A DNA stretch of 64,000 nucleotides from Podarcis melisellensis (lineage: Eukaryota): the NCBI GenBank assembly GCA_964234715.1, contig OZ174277.1. The stretch is one strand, 5' to 3'. The translations under genes and the position numbers were made by a program. Below, one piece after another: positions 36,071 to 50,460 of the stretch. The notes under the pieces were generated by a model. That model was not told the DNA's origin. It made no database searches and saw only the letters and a list, made by a program, of their open reading frames with translations. Position 1 is the stretch's first letter. Each line of letters begins with the position of its first letter.

Positions 36071-37235
36071 TGTTAAAACCCTGCCTTTTATCCCTTTCCC
36101 CTGCGAAATATAGTGCCACAGGTTCGCATTTCAACAGCTTTCAGGGGATTAGGTGCTTTCCTGTTTTGAAGACCTAACACTTTTAAGGGCCTTGTTCCCT
36201 GAGCCGCTAGAATTTCATGCTTTCCTGCCCTGCCTTAAGGAGTTGGCCATGCAAAATGTTGGCTTGATGCATTTGTGGGTAGTACCAGGGACAAAAGAGG
36301 ACCCCCAGGCCAACTCCGGCTGGGAGCACCAAGGTTTATGGCATAATCTGCAGAACTTGCTCAGAAACAAGGCCTTCATAAATTTTAACCTGTCCTCCCC
36401 TTCCTCATTCTTCTCTGGGTTTTGTGTAATCTCCTCCAGGGGCTGTTAGTGCTGTTTAAATTAGTGTACAAAGTATCCTTCCCTTTAAAACTGTGGTACT
36501 GTGTTACTTTCACCCCATGGAATTAAAGAGTGCTCACATGATTAGTTAGGCTCCCAGAAGCTCATAGTGTTTAGCAAGTGTTCATTTCTGTGAATTTCTT
36601 TATCCTCTTTTCTGGACTTGTCAGGCCTATGACAATCCAAACTCCATTTTTACCAACTCTGGTGCTAATTTGAAGTACTGGAATTCTTACGTGCAACTCA
36701 ACACTTTTTTTTGGCTGTCTAAAAAAGTTTTTCACATTTTTTTAAAAAGTGGGGAAAGGATAAAAAATGATAGTTTGAGCTGAAAGGGGTTAGGACTGAC
36801 ATAAGTGGTCCAGAATAAGACATTAAAATACAATAAAAACAGGAGCAATGAACTCAGGATAAACTAAAGGCATGTTGATAGTGATGGTAAGTAAAAGCCC
36901 CCAAAAGGTATTCCAACAATATCAAGTCCTAACATTGGGCCCAAAGTATGTGAGGTATTGTCTACTTCCATATCAACTTATCTGAGTATAGTAATCAGCC
37001 AGGGAGGTTCTGCTCATGGTGACATTGCCAAAAAAAGGTTTGAGGGCAATGGTGCACCGTAGGGCCTTTTCAGTGGTAGCCCATGCATTGTGGAGTCCTC
37101 TCACTAAGGTGTATCTTACACTGATACTGTAACTTTTTTGTCATGTCAAGGTGTACTTCTTTGCCCAGACTTTTGGTGGGGTGAGGTTTTGTTTTGTCAA
37201 ATTCCTCTAATTTTGAGTAGTGCTGTTTTATTGCA

Positions 37236-37451
37236 CAGATAGCCCCCATTTATGCAGAGTTACGTTCTGCGACACTGCACATATCAGTGAAATCTCATTT
37301 AATTGAAACCCTTTGAAAAAGCCTACAAATACCCTGTTCTGTCCCCCATGCCCTTTTAGAGACATTTTAGTGATGTTTCCGGGTTGCTTCTGCGTTCGGG
37401 GTGTATAAAAGGTCGCACACATATTCAATTCACATAAATGGGGGCTGCCTG
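37236..37451. mobile_element. Tigger-like MITE (intron 1)
   Basis: TIR cagatagcccccatttatg / cataaatgggggctgcctg followed by TA. Confidence 0.82.
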
Positions 37452-37694
37452 TATTTTTTGTGGATTTAAGTATTGTATTTTTTAATTGTATGTAACCCAA
37501 CTGGGGACTTTTGAGTGAAGGGTGGGTAAGAAAATGGGTGTGGAGAGAGATAGTGAGGGAAGGAAAGAGAGAAGCAAGTACCATAGCAAGAATATAGTGC
37601 CATGTAGTCCATTAAAGTTGTCTATTATGTGGCAAATACTTGGAAACATTATGTCATGATACCCCAAATAAGTGCAAGAAAGTAAAGTAGCATA

Positions 37695-37922
37695 CATTGG
37701 AACCTCAAGTTGTGGACGTAATTTGTCCCGGAGGCACGTCCGCAACTCGAAGCGTTCGCATCCAGAAGCGCTGCTTGTGCGCATTCGCACGGCATGATTT
37801 AGCGCTTCTGCACATGTGTGAGCAGCGAAACCCGGAAGTAACTGTTCCAGTACTTCCGGGTTGCCACAGGACGCAACTTGAAAAGACGTAACCTGAAGCG
37901 GGCACAACGTGAGGTATGACTG
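37695..37922. mobile_element. Tigger-like MITE (intron 1)
   Basis: ta|cattggaacctc...gaggtatgactg|ta; related to 46933-47145. Confidence 0.82.
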
Positions 37923-40489
37923 TACTCAGTCTTCTTTATATTACTAATGGTAACTACCCTTATTTCTTTTCCACATACCCAGCACATAGATACATTTTCC
38001 TGAGTTTTCTGTGAATTGTGGGGAAGATGGGACAGTCTGTCTTCACCTTAGGTCTTGGCAACCTTTATTTCACTGTTTTCTGCAGGTCAGAGAGAAGAGG
38101 GTGTCTCCTTCATTTCCCATTAGACTTCTACCAAAGTAGCAAGGTGTCACTCACAGCTTTTCCAAAAGGCCATTGGTACGGAGATAAACCACCTTTCCTT
38201 TCTCCTTGGTTCTCTGCATGTGCCCTAAACCTCAGTAAAACAGAGAAGAGAGTAGTTGATGGTGACTTCAAGTAGTAGTTGGCAATTAAGCCTAACAAAA
38301 ATTTGTAGACTACTGAGCATGCTCTACATATTGAGGAATATTTCCAGGTCTTGTGACATTGTTGTCTTCCCTTTTGTCATTCTGAAGTATGTGCTCTTTT
38401 AGGTGGTGACACTAGTTTGTGGTCTTTAAAATGCATGACAGTTAGCTGTTATTGGTTATCTTGTACAAGCTATTTGCTAAGGAGTGCCTTGCATAATCAG
38501 TTTTCATTCTCTGGAAATTGAAGGGTTGAGGGAGAATCATAGATGGATTATCTTAAATATGCTTTTTCTATACTAAGCGTTTATAAGGAATAGATTGTAA
38601 AGTAAACTGAAGGACCATGTTCAGATATGTATGGGAAAGCCACAAGCACAACAGAACTTATCCCTTATTTTGCTGATCTGTAACTTATGTGCTACATTGC
38701 AACAAGTTCTTTAACAGGACTGTGCAACATATGACCCACTTAGCTAAATCTAATCCAACAGCTTTGTATTGTGCCCAGCAGGTGCTTTGTAACTTCCCCT
38801 GCTTTTGCAGTTCTGAGCAAATGGCAAAACTACTCGCTGTTGGACTTCATCCAGGTGGTGGACAAGGGATACTAGTTATAGTCATGTGATCAGATTTGCA
38901 CTATGATGTGTGGGCACTATGGACTGGTAAAATTAAGTGGGGGGACTGCTTCATGCATTTATATTACAGGGCTTACTGAATTGGGACTATTATGATTCCA
39001 TTTACAGCACTTGTTAGGTTTACCCTTATAATTTAGACTTAAAATGTTACTGTTATTTCTGGTCCTTGTTTGCTACCTATAGAATATCAAATTAAGAAAG
39101 CATGTTGCTGATTGAACATAGAAGCACATGTGCACCATGCTGCAATGTGCTGACGTTATGATATGATGATGTCACGTGATGGCGTGATGATGTCACGTGA
39201 TGGCGTGGTGCATGCACTCCAGCACCGCGGCGTCGACTGGACCAGGACATTGCAGTAGAGGTGCAGGTCCTGGTCCAGTCGCTGGTCCAGAGGTAAGGTG
39301 ACAGTCATGGTGCCTGGCATGTGGTGCACAGAGGCAGCCATGGAAGTTATGCATGGTGGCCGTGTTGTGCGGAGGCGGCCATAGAGACAGTGGGCGGCAG
39401 GGGGTAGAGACTGGGCACCCACAGGAAAAACTGTGGGAGTCTTGGCACTCAGGGCTCCAGGAAGATGGTGCCTATGTTAGATTAAATACAATTAGGGAAT
39501 TGATTTCATAAAGTACTGCACCCAGTGGTAAATCTGTAGTTAGTGGAAACATTCACATTTTCAACTCTGGAAAAGAAAAAGAACAATTTGTTTAAAACAC
39601 TGAAATCAAATCTGTTTATTTTAGATTGTTTCCAAATGAGGTTGACTCCTGGTGGAAACGTATGCCCTTTATAGTGAAAGGATTGGAAGTATGCCAAAGA
39701 ATTTCAAGATTTAAGAGAGGTTTTTGAGGCTCAGGTTTTTTCCAATTTAAAAACTGAGTGTCCAAATATGGATTCAAGAATTTGTGTGACAGAGGTGTTC
39801 CGTACCTCTTCTACTCTCTAGGGAGCGAATTCTGATATAATTGCAAAGCAGTTACTTTAACCATAGTTTTACAGTGGGCAAACTTTTCAAACACTCTTAT
39901 CAAATGCTGTAGTTCGATAAATCCATCTGGGCTAGATTATACTTAAAATGTAACATGAGTACAGTATTATACTAAATTTCAGTGTAACCTAGTTAACCAG
40001 ATAGGCGTTTAATGATTTCTTAAAATGAGACACTCAGAGAGGATCCAGTGTAGTGCTATGGAAAGCATTGCATCAACCCAAGCATATCAGCTTGCCAGAT
40101 GGAACGATCCCCCCCCCCCGTGTATTGTTCTGGGGGTTCTGCTGACCACTCCAAGCCACCTTGGGGCAGAATGGAAGGAGGGAGGAGGGGAAAAAGCCCC
40201 ATTGTGCTAGCAGAAGTCATTACATGGCCTTTCACTAGCAAGACTTACTCTTTGAATCTCTGCTTGTGACCTCATTTGCATAACTTGGTAAGCCAAACTG
40301 TGGCTTGTAGGGACTGCGTAAATATGCAGGCTCCCAGAGAGGAGCGCTTAGTTTCTGGTCTTTTTTCATTTCCGCACTGTGGTGAGCTAAATCAAGGTTT
40401 AGCATAGCATGTCATTTGAACCTGGGCTCCTGGCTTAGACTTGGCAGATGGCTAGGAGGCTCACTGGAGCCCCAAACCTGGCAATACAA

Positions 40490-41070
40490 AAGTGCCATGG
40501 GTTCATGGTTCCCTCAATTGCCTGCTTTGAATGGGGCCATACTTATCCTGAAGGACCAGGTTTGTAGTCTGGGGGTGCTGCTGGATAATCTCTGCTAGAG
40601 GCCCTCAGTAGCTAGGAGTGTGTTTTGCCAGCTTGTGCTGGTAAGATGGCTATAGACATTTCTGGACCTGGGTAGCCTGGTCAATGTGGTAACCTCCAGG
40701 TTAAACTACTGCAGTGTGCTGTGTGTGGGGACTGCTCCTGGAGTTGAGCAGAAGTGCAACTAGTGTAAAACACAGCAGCTTGACTGTTCCCTGGGCAGAC
40801 TTTTGCCATCACATTACACTGCTGGTTATCTACTGGGCGAAGTGCCAAATGCTTGTACTGGTGAACAGAGTGCTATACATCTTGGTACTGGAATACCTAT
40901 ATAAAGCTCACTCCTTTACATATGCAACCAACCAGGGTGGTGTTCTGCAGGGAGAGTTTCTTATCAGGAGGTCCATTTGTATGATTTAGGAATTGGGCAT
41001 TTGGGATGTGCTCTCCCCATGGCCTTTTCAGCATCTGTTCAAGACTTTCCTTTTTAAATGAGTCTTTTAA
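40490..41070 (+). mobile_element. Old degraded L2 (ORF2 C-terminal region)
   Basis: LKDQVCSLGVLLD, gtaacctccaggttaaactactgca (VTSRLNYC) and further L2 motifs. Confidence 0.75.
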
Positions 41071-43714
41071 GCACATACTTTTATCCTAATTTTGAGTACA
41101 AAAATAGTTTTTAATGTGAAATTGTTTTGCATGTGTTTAAATATTAAATGATTTAGATATATTTCATGAGAAATAAAAAAAATGGAAGTTTGTTGATTTC
41201 AGCTGAGCTTCCCTATAAGTATGCTTAGGATTTCAACCAAAGGTAGTCTGGTTATGTAACATTCTACGCCTTCTGTCATATGTTCCATTCAGCATCTGCA
41301 GATCTATTCCACAAAATGTTTATAAGGATCAGGGTCACCTTAATTGTCGCTTTATACCTTTTACAGTTTTATAGTAAGTCCTTTTAACCACAATATTGAG
41401 TGTTTTAGATACATGGGAAATGCTTGGCATTTTAGACAAGGGTTTGAAATTGAACACAGTGTGTATTTTGCTGATTTAGTTGCTGCAGTGGAGCTATCAA
41501 TCTATATGTTGCTTTTATTTTGATAGACTGTGTCCCTTTATTTGTATCCTGTTGCTTTGTTTCAGCAATGATTGGTTATTATGTTAATTGTTTTTCATGT
41601 TAGCCTCTTGATTTCTTAAGAAAAGGAAGGAACATATACATTCTTAAATTTTAGAAATGTGGATCAACAACTATTGTGTTTTTAATATGTAGGCTTTTAA
41701 GGTATTTTCAGTTTTATTAACACAGCTTTCACATAGCATTGCAAAGTTTCCATGTCTTCTAAACAAAGATACTATTCATAGCTTAAGTTCTTCAAGATGT
41801 GACCTCCTTAGAATGTCTAATTTTAAAAAAATACACTTTCATGAACAGTAATTGCTAAATATAGTGTCCATTGACAGTCTTCACATGCAGAACCTTTCTA
41901 TTTTAATCTTCAGCTTCTTTGTGCCAGCATAGTATTGAATTTCTTTTTCCATGTTTATTGCATGCAAGTTGAGTCAGATTCTAGTTGTGCAGGTGTTAAA
42001 TTGAATAAACTTATTTATTTGAATATGAGGGAAATATTAAATATTGCTGAAGGTTAATTGATTTTATCTGATTTGAAGTCTATTCATTTATAATATTTTA
42101 AACCTGCCTTTCATAGATAAAAACCTACTGGGGGGATCCAGTCCAACCTACTGACTGGCAGCAATAATATTTTTAAAGGTTTTTGTTTGCAAATCTGTAG
42201 TCCATTTATCAGCAGATCTTTGAAGCCTAGTTCACACAGTATTCCATGTTATAGAGGCTTCCTGCTGGCTAAAGCAATAATTGGTTCTGACATTTTCTAT
42301 ACATGCTATGAGTGTTCCTGTTCCATCCCTCTCCAGATGTTAATTATAAGTGGAGATCTTATCCTCTGGGCTTACATGTCATCATCTTTGGAAGTTCAGT
42401 CTTGTGCAGTATAGAAGGAATCTAAACAAAATACCTAATGATATTGGTTGCAATTCATATATTCAGCAGGGGGAAATGCTGCATGTGTGGTATTAGAATA
42501 ATGTGACCTCTTCCCTTGCACAACAGAGTACAAGAGAACTTAACAGTGTTCAGCAGAATGTCAGTTTATTATTTCTAATAATTTCTAATATTTGTTACTA
42601 TAATTTTCATAGCTATCACCTTGTTTATATATTTATATTTTATTTATATGCTGGGTGTTGTACAAAAGTAAAAAAAACCCAGATCTTTGCCTGCCAATTC
42701 ACAATGGGGAAAAAGGCAGAGGGAGATACAAGAGGAGGGATGTTAAAAGAAGAGGGGAAACTTGAACAAGTTGGAAGTGATCTTGTTTGTTTCTGAAGCA
42801 GTGCACTGCCTAGGGATCCCTCTTCTAAGTTGCAGGTGGAGTGATGTGTTGAAAGCCCAACCTAATGAGTGCATGGGCTTAAACTCAGGGCAATACACAG
42901 CACTGTTTCCCACTCCCTTCATTGTTGGTTAATACTGTCTCTCATGAAGCAGTTCACTGTGGGGTGAGATTTTATTTTTCTTGGAACAGCTAATGTGAAG
43001 TTACTGCAAGAATAGCCAAAATGGTGTCCTCCAGATGCTTTTGGGAGTCTACAGCATCCCTGACTGTTGGCTAGGCTATGCTTGCTATCCCTGTGTTAGT
43101 GTATATAGTCACAAGCCTTAGAACCAGTTTTTCTTTCCTTTTTTGGATTTGTAGTAACTTAGTGTTCAAAAGCTATTTAGAATGTTCCCTCACTTAGAAA
43201 TTAGCTAGCATCTCTTGCCTACCCCTATCCATCCTATGCTAGTTAAAATATGGACTAGGACTCAGGTACGTTTATAAAGATAAAGTGCTTTATATGTGTT
43301 ATAACACTGATGGTGCGGTAGAGTCCTATCTTTCACCAATGGGATGTCCCTGTGTGAAGTTTAGAATGTGTTTAACTGAACTGCTTCTGTGATGTTTCTA
43401 GATCCAGCCTACAAAGTAATTGTCATGTTTGAATTGTCAGTATGCTTATATAAATATAGTAGGATTGTTCCAGAAGTGGGTTATTCTTCTCTTCTTGAAA
43501 GACCCTAACTATGCACTTAAAACTTACATAAGAACCTTTTTTAGCCTTGTGAAACTGGCTGGTATGGCTGTCTAATTAGTGCCACATTATTCTTTCAGTA
43601 AATATGTCATATTAAACAAATACATAAAGTATGAATTGTAGCCCAACTTATAATAATCTTTCTAGGAATATGGTGAGTTTAGAAATAATGTGTTGCATCC
43701 TTGGAACTGACTTC

Positions 43715-43880
43715 TAGTAGGACAGCGAGACTTTCTGTGCCTCTCTGCTGTCCTGTGTGCTCCTCAAATCTGTTCTGGAGGGTTGAATAACTCTGAGCAG
43801 ATTTTGAGGATGGTGTGGGTCTGCAGGGGAAAGAGAGGAAGGGGAATCCTTAATGTACAAGTGGAAGTCTTCTCACATGA
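43715..43880. mobile_element. Old palindromic MITE-like repeat (related copy about 40080-40220)
   Basis: Foldback tcctcaaatctgttc...gagcagattttgagga. Confidence 0.45.
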
Positions 43881-45042
43881 GTTTGGATTTCATGCACTGC
43901 CTGATATATTATCATTGATACTTTTATTCCCCACAGTTCCTGTTCCTCTTGGAAAGAGCACAGTGCAGCTTTCAAGAATGAAATATTAAGCAGTAAAACA
44001 GTGAAATATAATATACAAAAAACAACAACAGTATAATGCCCATTAAAAAGTTGCACATGTGTGGGCAATTCCACTATGAATTGAAGGCATGCAGAAACAA
44101 AAAAGTTCCCAATTGCTAACTGAAAACAGAGCGAGAGGGGGGAAACCAAATGTCTACAGGGAGGGCGTTTCATTAACAGGGTGCTCTGCTTTATGTAGTT
44201 GCCCTATGGACTGTAGTCACCAAAGGGTCTCCCAGGCAAGGCCTGCCTTGCAGAAATCAAGACTGTTGGCAGGTACTGGGAACCAGTAATGTAGGCTGAA
44301 ATAAATTTATGGCTATATTTTGAAGTGTTTGCAATGTGTGGAAAGATGCTTGAGGAGAGTAGACAAGCCTGTTGGTGATAAATCTTGCAGCCAAGATAGT
44401 TACAAAATGTCACACTGCAGCCAGGGTGTCCTTAGACCTTGGATAGAGGCAAACTATGTACCATCAGTTGTGAGTGATAGCGTTTCTTGCACATTGTTGG
44501 TCTTAAAATATTTGCTAGGATGCAGGATGCAAAACAATCTGATCAGGAAGGCAGTTCTTATGAATATGCATAGACGGTATGGTAGAAGTGAGAAGGGCTT
44601 ATATAAAAAACTCAGCAGCCCTCTTGTTTCTAAATGGTAAAAAGCTACTTTGCAAAATAGACAGGAACACTGCACAATGCCTGTGAAGGTGCTGCTGATG
44701 CCTTGTGCCAAAACCCAAAGGTTAGGTTGTCCCAACTCACAACTCGTAAATAAAAAAGAAGTAAAGGGATGGATACTAAAGATCAGTGAATCATGTTTGT
44801 CAATGTGCCTCACATTATGCTGCCATTTTTGCTATGGTTGCTCCCGTGTTTCCACAACAACAGCTAAAGCTACAGAAAGTTTATGTATAACAAACCTATT
44901 TCAGTTTTTAAAGCAGTTAACTTACGTAGAAGTTTAATGCTTGATTTAGACTTTTTCAGGTCTTTAGAATATTTGAATTTTATTTCTGTAGGCATGGATG
45001 AGAGCAACAGGCAAGAAGAAGAATTATTCCAGTGTGCCATTC

Positions 45043-46262
45043 CAGTGGTACCTTGGTTCCCAAACTGAATCTGTTCTGGAAGTCTGTTCCAAAACCAAAG
45101 TGCTTCCCAAAACCAAGGCACGCTTTCCCATAGAAAGTAATGCAAAATGGATTAATCTGTTCCAGACTTTTAAAAACAACCCCTAAAACAGCAATTTAAA
45201 ATGAATTTTACTATCTTATAGTAAAGCCCTATACGGCCTAGGACCCTCGTACCTACGGGACCGCCTCTCCTGGTATGCCCCACAGAGAAACCTACGGTCT
45301 GCAAATAATAACATCCTCAAGGTCCCAGGCCTCAGAGAGGTTAGGCTGGCCTCAACTAGAGCCAGGGCCTTCTCGGCTGCGGCTCCAATCTGGTGGAACG
45401 CTCTGTCACAAGAGACTAGGGCCCTGCAGGACCTGACATCTTTCCGCAGGGCCTGCAAGACAGAGTTGTTCCACCAGGCCTTTGGTCAGGGCGCAGCCTG
45501 ACTCCCTCCTCTGGCAACCTGCACAGAATTTTGCTTAATCGGTTTCCATCAATTTGATTTTAATTAATTTTTATAATGAAATATTTTTAGAATGTGTGAT
45601 TATTTGACTGTTTGATTATTTGATTGTTGTTAGCCGCCCTGAGCCTGGCTTCGGCTGGGGAGGGCGGGATATAAATAAAAATTATTATTATTATTATTAT
45701 TAATATTATTATTATTATTTAATGAGACCATTGATCCATAAAATGAAAGCAATAATCAATGTACTGTACTATAAAATAAGTAAGACAGCATTGTAGATGA
45801 TAAAAATTAAAAACATTTTTTTCTTACGTGCATTGATGATAGTCATTGTTTGGATGGGGGGCTTTTATCCATTTCTGTAGTCAATCAATCAATCAGTAGC
45901 TGAACTGGGTTCCACACAGTCTCAAAAACAAGTCACAAAAATGAAGTCACAAGCCACAGTCACAGTCAAAAAACCGAAAAAGCCACAGAAACAAAATTGC
46001 AAAAAATTAGCAAAAACAAAAGCTCCAAATGTCACCTCTGTGTTGCATGGGTGCTTGGGACTCAACAGCTGACAGACTCAACAGGGAGCCTCTGATTAGC
46101 AGTAGGGGACTCAATTCACAAACAGAACACACTCAACAGGAAGCAGAACAGGTCCCGCTTCCAAGGCAAAGTTCACAAACCGGAATACCTACTTCTGGGT
46201 TTGCAACCTTTTGTTTCCAAGTTGTTCATAAACTAAGCTGTTCTAAAAGCAAGGTATCACTG
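45043..46262. mobile_element. Non-autonomous Tigger-like element (about 0.7 kb) interrupted by a young L2
   Basis: TIR cagtggtaccttg / caaggtatcactg|ta. The L2 sits inside at about 45217-45720. Confidence 0.8.
45222..45720 (+). mobile_element. Young L2 3' fragment in intron 1 (sense)
   Basis: About 90% identical by eye to the reverse complement of 59400-59870. Stop codon in gcagccTGA, 3' stem-loop, (ATT)n tail. Confidence 0.95.
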
Positions 46263-46932
46263 TACAACAGTGTCTAAAAATGGAGAACGTCATTTAGTAT
46301 TTTTCTTTCAAATAGTAAAGAGTTGACTAAAGCTCTTAAGCCTTAAAACCGTCATAACATAGGCTATGAGACTGGGACAAGTTATGTTGAGGTACAAACA
46401 CTCCTGCAAGAATAGCAACAGAATGCATGATTGCTACTGCTACCTATTATTTCTTCTCCCTATCCAGCTGCTAGCTTTGCTTCTTCCAGCTTCATTGCTC
46501 AGCAGCTTAATTGCGCATGAGAAAGCACATGGCATTCATGCCAGACTGCAGTTCTCACATCTTTACCACCTTCCCAATCCCCATCCTCCAGTGCCCTGCA
46601 GATTATGCTAGCTTTCAAGTTAACATCTGTCATGTTCTCTTAGGCCTTGCACATGTCTGGAAGCTCTGAGGGAAACCAATTATATCAGTAGCATATTCAC
46701 AATAAGTTGAATTGCTAAGTTGACATATGTGGATAACAGGCCATAGATTTGGTTTACCTAATGTAGCCTATATTCAGGAAATTCGGTAGGCAAAACTCAG
46801 CAGGATTTACCTTGAGCTTGTTACTGACAACATCAATGGAACAAATTGTCAGGTTGTCAAAGTGGGTATGAAATTGTAAAGCAAGCACTTCTCATTGCAG
46901 CGTGTGTTGAATAGGATAATTGTTTAGATATA

Positions 46933-47145
46933 CAGTGGTACCTTGGGTTGCAGACGCTTCAGGTTACGCGTTTTCAGGTTGCGCACAGCGCCAAACCCAA
47001 AAGTACCGGAATGGGTTATGTCCGGGTTTCGGCGCTCACGTGTGCGCAGAGCACTAAATCACAGCCCTCGTGTGCGCAGGCAAGGCACTGTGGGTTGCAA
47101 ATGTGCCTCCTGCATGGATTGCGTTCACAACCTGAGGTTCCACTG
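46933..47145. mobile_element. Tigger-like MITE
   Basis: ta|cagtggtaccttgggttg...caacctgaggttccactg|ta. Confidence 0.88.
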
Positions 47146-48439
47146 TATATCAGGTAAGGACTTTTAAACTTGCCCAACTATTCATAGACTCATTAGGTAT
47201 TCAGTTTGCCTTGGCACCAGGAAACTATGGTTTTGTGTGCTATCTTTTGTACAATTGTAACTTTCAAAACTTTGGAAACTGAAATATTCAAATCTTTGTT
47301 GATCATTTTTAGTTACTTGCTTTATACCCTGCATTTTTCTGAAGAATGGTAGGGACAGCCAAGGAAAATCTTAATAATATCCTAATACACTTTTTTGAAG
47401 TAGGCTTGTGAATAGTCACTTACCTTACATTTCACACACACTATATGTATTTATGGCCTATTTGTGACTACTGAAAATAAGCTGGAGCCCTGAGAAGTAA
47501 ACTTTCAGAGAGGTGAAAGGCATAAAACGGTGGTCAGCCAAATTCATTGGCAATGAATCCATAATGGTGTGAAATGGCATAACTTGGCAAAATGCCCACA
47601 TCAGTGAGAATGTTCAACTTTCCTGCATCGTTTCTGCACTACTGTTGTGCTGGGTAATTAGACTGAGAACATGGCATTTTATGCAGAATAATTATTTCTG
47701 GAGGAAATCCATCCTCATGTAATTCATCTGATTTGGAAAATGTATATATTGAGAAGGTTATTCCAATTTCATTGTCCTTCCCACTTGCAGACCATTCAAA
47801 TGCTTGTCCAGTGTTTCTGCTATAATTGAATTCCAGTTAGCATCACAGGTCAATTACATGCTAAGGTTAGCCTGCAGTCCTTGATACTGCACAGTCCAAA
47901 TAAGAAAATAAATATAGGTACTGTATCTAAAAGTATGACTTGTGGTATAACCTCCTTCATTATAAAAGATTTCTTGCCCCAAATGCCGCCAACTATGTAG
48001 AAAAGAATTCCTACCACATTTCCAAGAGTTAGTATAATTTTTATAAGCCTTCAATTATCTAAGGGGTGTCTGATACTAATGAGTGCAATACACCAATCCC
48101 TACCTGGTTAGTAGAGGGGGGGAAATCAAAGGCAGACAAAGAACCAAATCAAAAGCCTTCCTGGCCTTGAATCAGCAGGATAAAAGGGGTGTGGCATTTT
48201 AGTTCCACCTGCTCTGCTTTCCATCAGTAGCTTTTCCCCTTCCTTCCCACTGGTTTCCATGGCTACAAAAAAAGAGGCATCCATGATTAGGCTTCCTACT
48301 CTGTGGGCAGAGATGGAGAGCTACAATCCTATGATCCCCTAGAATATTTTCACAGGGGCCATAAGGTTACACCCTAAATGAATTAATGACATAAACATAC
48401 CAGATCCAGGTGTTCTGATTTTCTAGAGCATTTCAGTCA

Positions 48440-48990
48440 GAGGTTTGGCCTCTCTGATGTGGTCCAGAGGAAAGCAGAGCAGTATGTTTGGCACCAGCTT
48501 GGTTGCAGGAGTTGCCAGAAAGAGGCGTACAAAGTGCCATCCAGGTGTCTTCAGGAGTTTACTCTGGATTTGTGTACGGTTTACCCCTTAGCCTTTTGTT
48601 CTCCCAACGATATCCTGCGAGGCAGCAGGGGTTTAGGATCAGCGTTTCCCTTCTCCTAGATGGGCTACTTTCCCAGGTTGGCAAGCCCCATCTGCCCCTC
48701 ACTTCCCTCTACAGCAAGTGCAGAAACCGCTTTCTTGACTGTTGGACCCATTCTTGGTCTCATTTGCTCAATCTGCTGGATCCTGTCTTTGCATGCAGGG
48801 GAAGACCCTAAGTCACTGAGGTTTTGAGACCCATCAGCTACCTCACCTGCTTTGGCCAGCCAGTCAAAGCAGTTTCCACAGGGTGTGGCCACTGCCACTG
48901 TTGACAGCTTCAAGGAGCCACAGGTGAGGGGTATGGCCGCTGTCACTTTTGGCAGCTTTGAGGAGTGACAGGTGAGAGCTAAGTGCAATA
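48440..48990 (-). mobile_element. RTE-clade retroelement 5' region (non-coding remnant)
   Basis: Minus strand ctaggagaagggaaacgctgatcctaaacc resembles an RTE 5' UTR motif. About 48-bp diverged tandem duplication at 48881-48977. Confidence 0.55.
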
Positions 48991-50239
48991 GACAGAGATG
49001 TGTATTGTTCCTTTAACAGAAATGTAGGAAATGATAGCCAGTGCAGCTGAATGTGTTTAGTCAAGTTGTGTATTCCTGGTAGCCCTGCTCTAGGAATCTA
49101 CACTTAGCTTTTTTGTCTGAATTTACATTTTAAAATGTTCTTATGGAAGATTTGGATATCTTTAGATCTGTCTAACTGCATACCTATACAACCAGACTGT
49201 TGCAGGGATGGCAGGAGCAGACAAGACACAAAATCAATCAAAGCAGATTTTCAAATAGACATTTAGGTAAACTCAGGGCAGCACAAGATCGGTAGGGATA
49301 ACTTAATGTGTTATTTAATTAAAAGTTCTTTAGAGGTGAATCAACTCCATTTCAGTGGCTTAAGAAATATGTTCTGTGCAGTTACAATCTCAAGAAATTG
49401 AATGCTCAGAAGATACATATTGAATCTGCAGAAGAGTTCAGTTATAAGAGACACACATTAATATATTAGCAGGGAGAAATCGTGCATATTTGAGCACAGA
49501 AAAGAAAAAAAGGCTTTGCTTTTAGCTAGTGATTTTTTTAAAAAAAATCTGTGCAGACTAGAGTTCAGAGATTCCTACATTTAAGTCTGTCCTAAGAACT
49601 CACATTTATTAGTATGACTTCTAAAGTAGAAAAGCTAAGTATACACTCCTAGTGCAACATTACCAGGCATATATAACAGTGTTTTCACCTGTGTTTGCGA
49701 GCATTTCCTGCTTTTCTTTTAAAGTAACAGTGCACCATACTAATGATAGTTCCCTTCACAATTTTCATCAGTAAAAGCATACATCCTCTTATGTATGCTA
49801 TCACAATGTTTATCATAGTGCTTTGGTAGAAAGATGTAATAGCTTCCTATTCTTGCATGAAGTTGAAGTTGGATGAAGCCTGTGAATCTTCTTGTACCTC
49901 AGTGCTTCTCCATTTTTTCTGGCTATCCTTGGAGGATACTTTACATAGGATTTGGAAGTATGCTAATAGCTCTCCTCTGAGTGTTTTATATGTTTTTCTT
50001 GTGTTGTGCTAGTGGAAGAAAATGAGTTCCTCACATTGTACTCCTGCAGGCAATATCTGCAGTATGTCAAGGAAAATTAACTGCTTCACAAATTCTCTAT
50101 CTTTTTATGTGTTGCTGGAGAGGGTTTTAGGATAGGTTGGGAGAAATATATGAACTTGCCTGGATTCTAGAGAAATTGACTTGAGAATAAAATAGAATGA
50201 AGGTTTGCTGGGGGGGCTGAAGAAAAAGGCATTGTGGTT

Positions 50240-50460
50240 TGAGTTCTGGACGCTGATAAATAGGGGTTGTTTTTATGTGCCTTCTTGGTAGTGGCACCCA
50301 CCCTGTGGAATGCCCTTCCATCAGATGTCAGGGAGATGAGTAATTACCGTATATCACCTAAAGGTCTTCTAAAGAAGACATCTGACGGCAGCACTATATA
50401 GGGAAGTATTTTTATGTTTAATGTATTATTATGTTTTTACATATGTTGGAAGCCACCCAA
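50240..50460 (+). mobile_element. Old L2 3' fragment followed by (GTT)n
   Basis: gccttcttggtagtggcacccaccctgtggaatgcccttccatcagatgtcagggag (AF.VVAPTLWNALP) and tail gttggaagccaccca. Confidence 0.7.

Noticed and set aside
34196-36177. Many overlapping ORFs in the CpG island, including the 262-aa ORF 35389-36177
   Set aside because: Stop-poor GC-rich sequence with low-complexity translations. Only the frame starting at 35673 matches a known protein.
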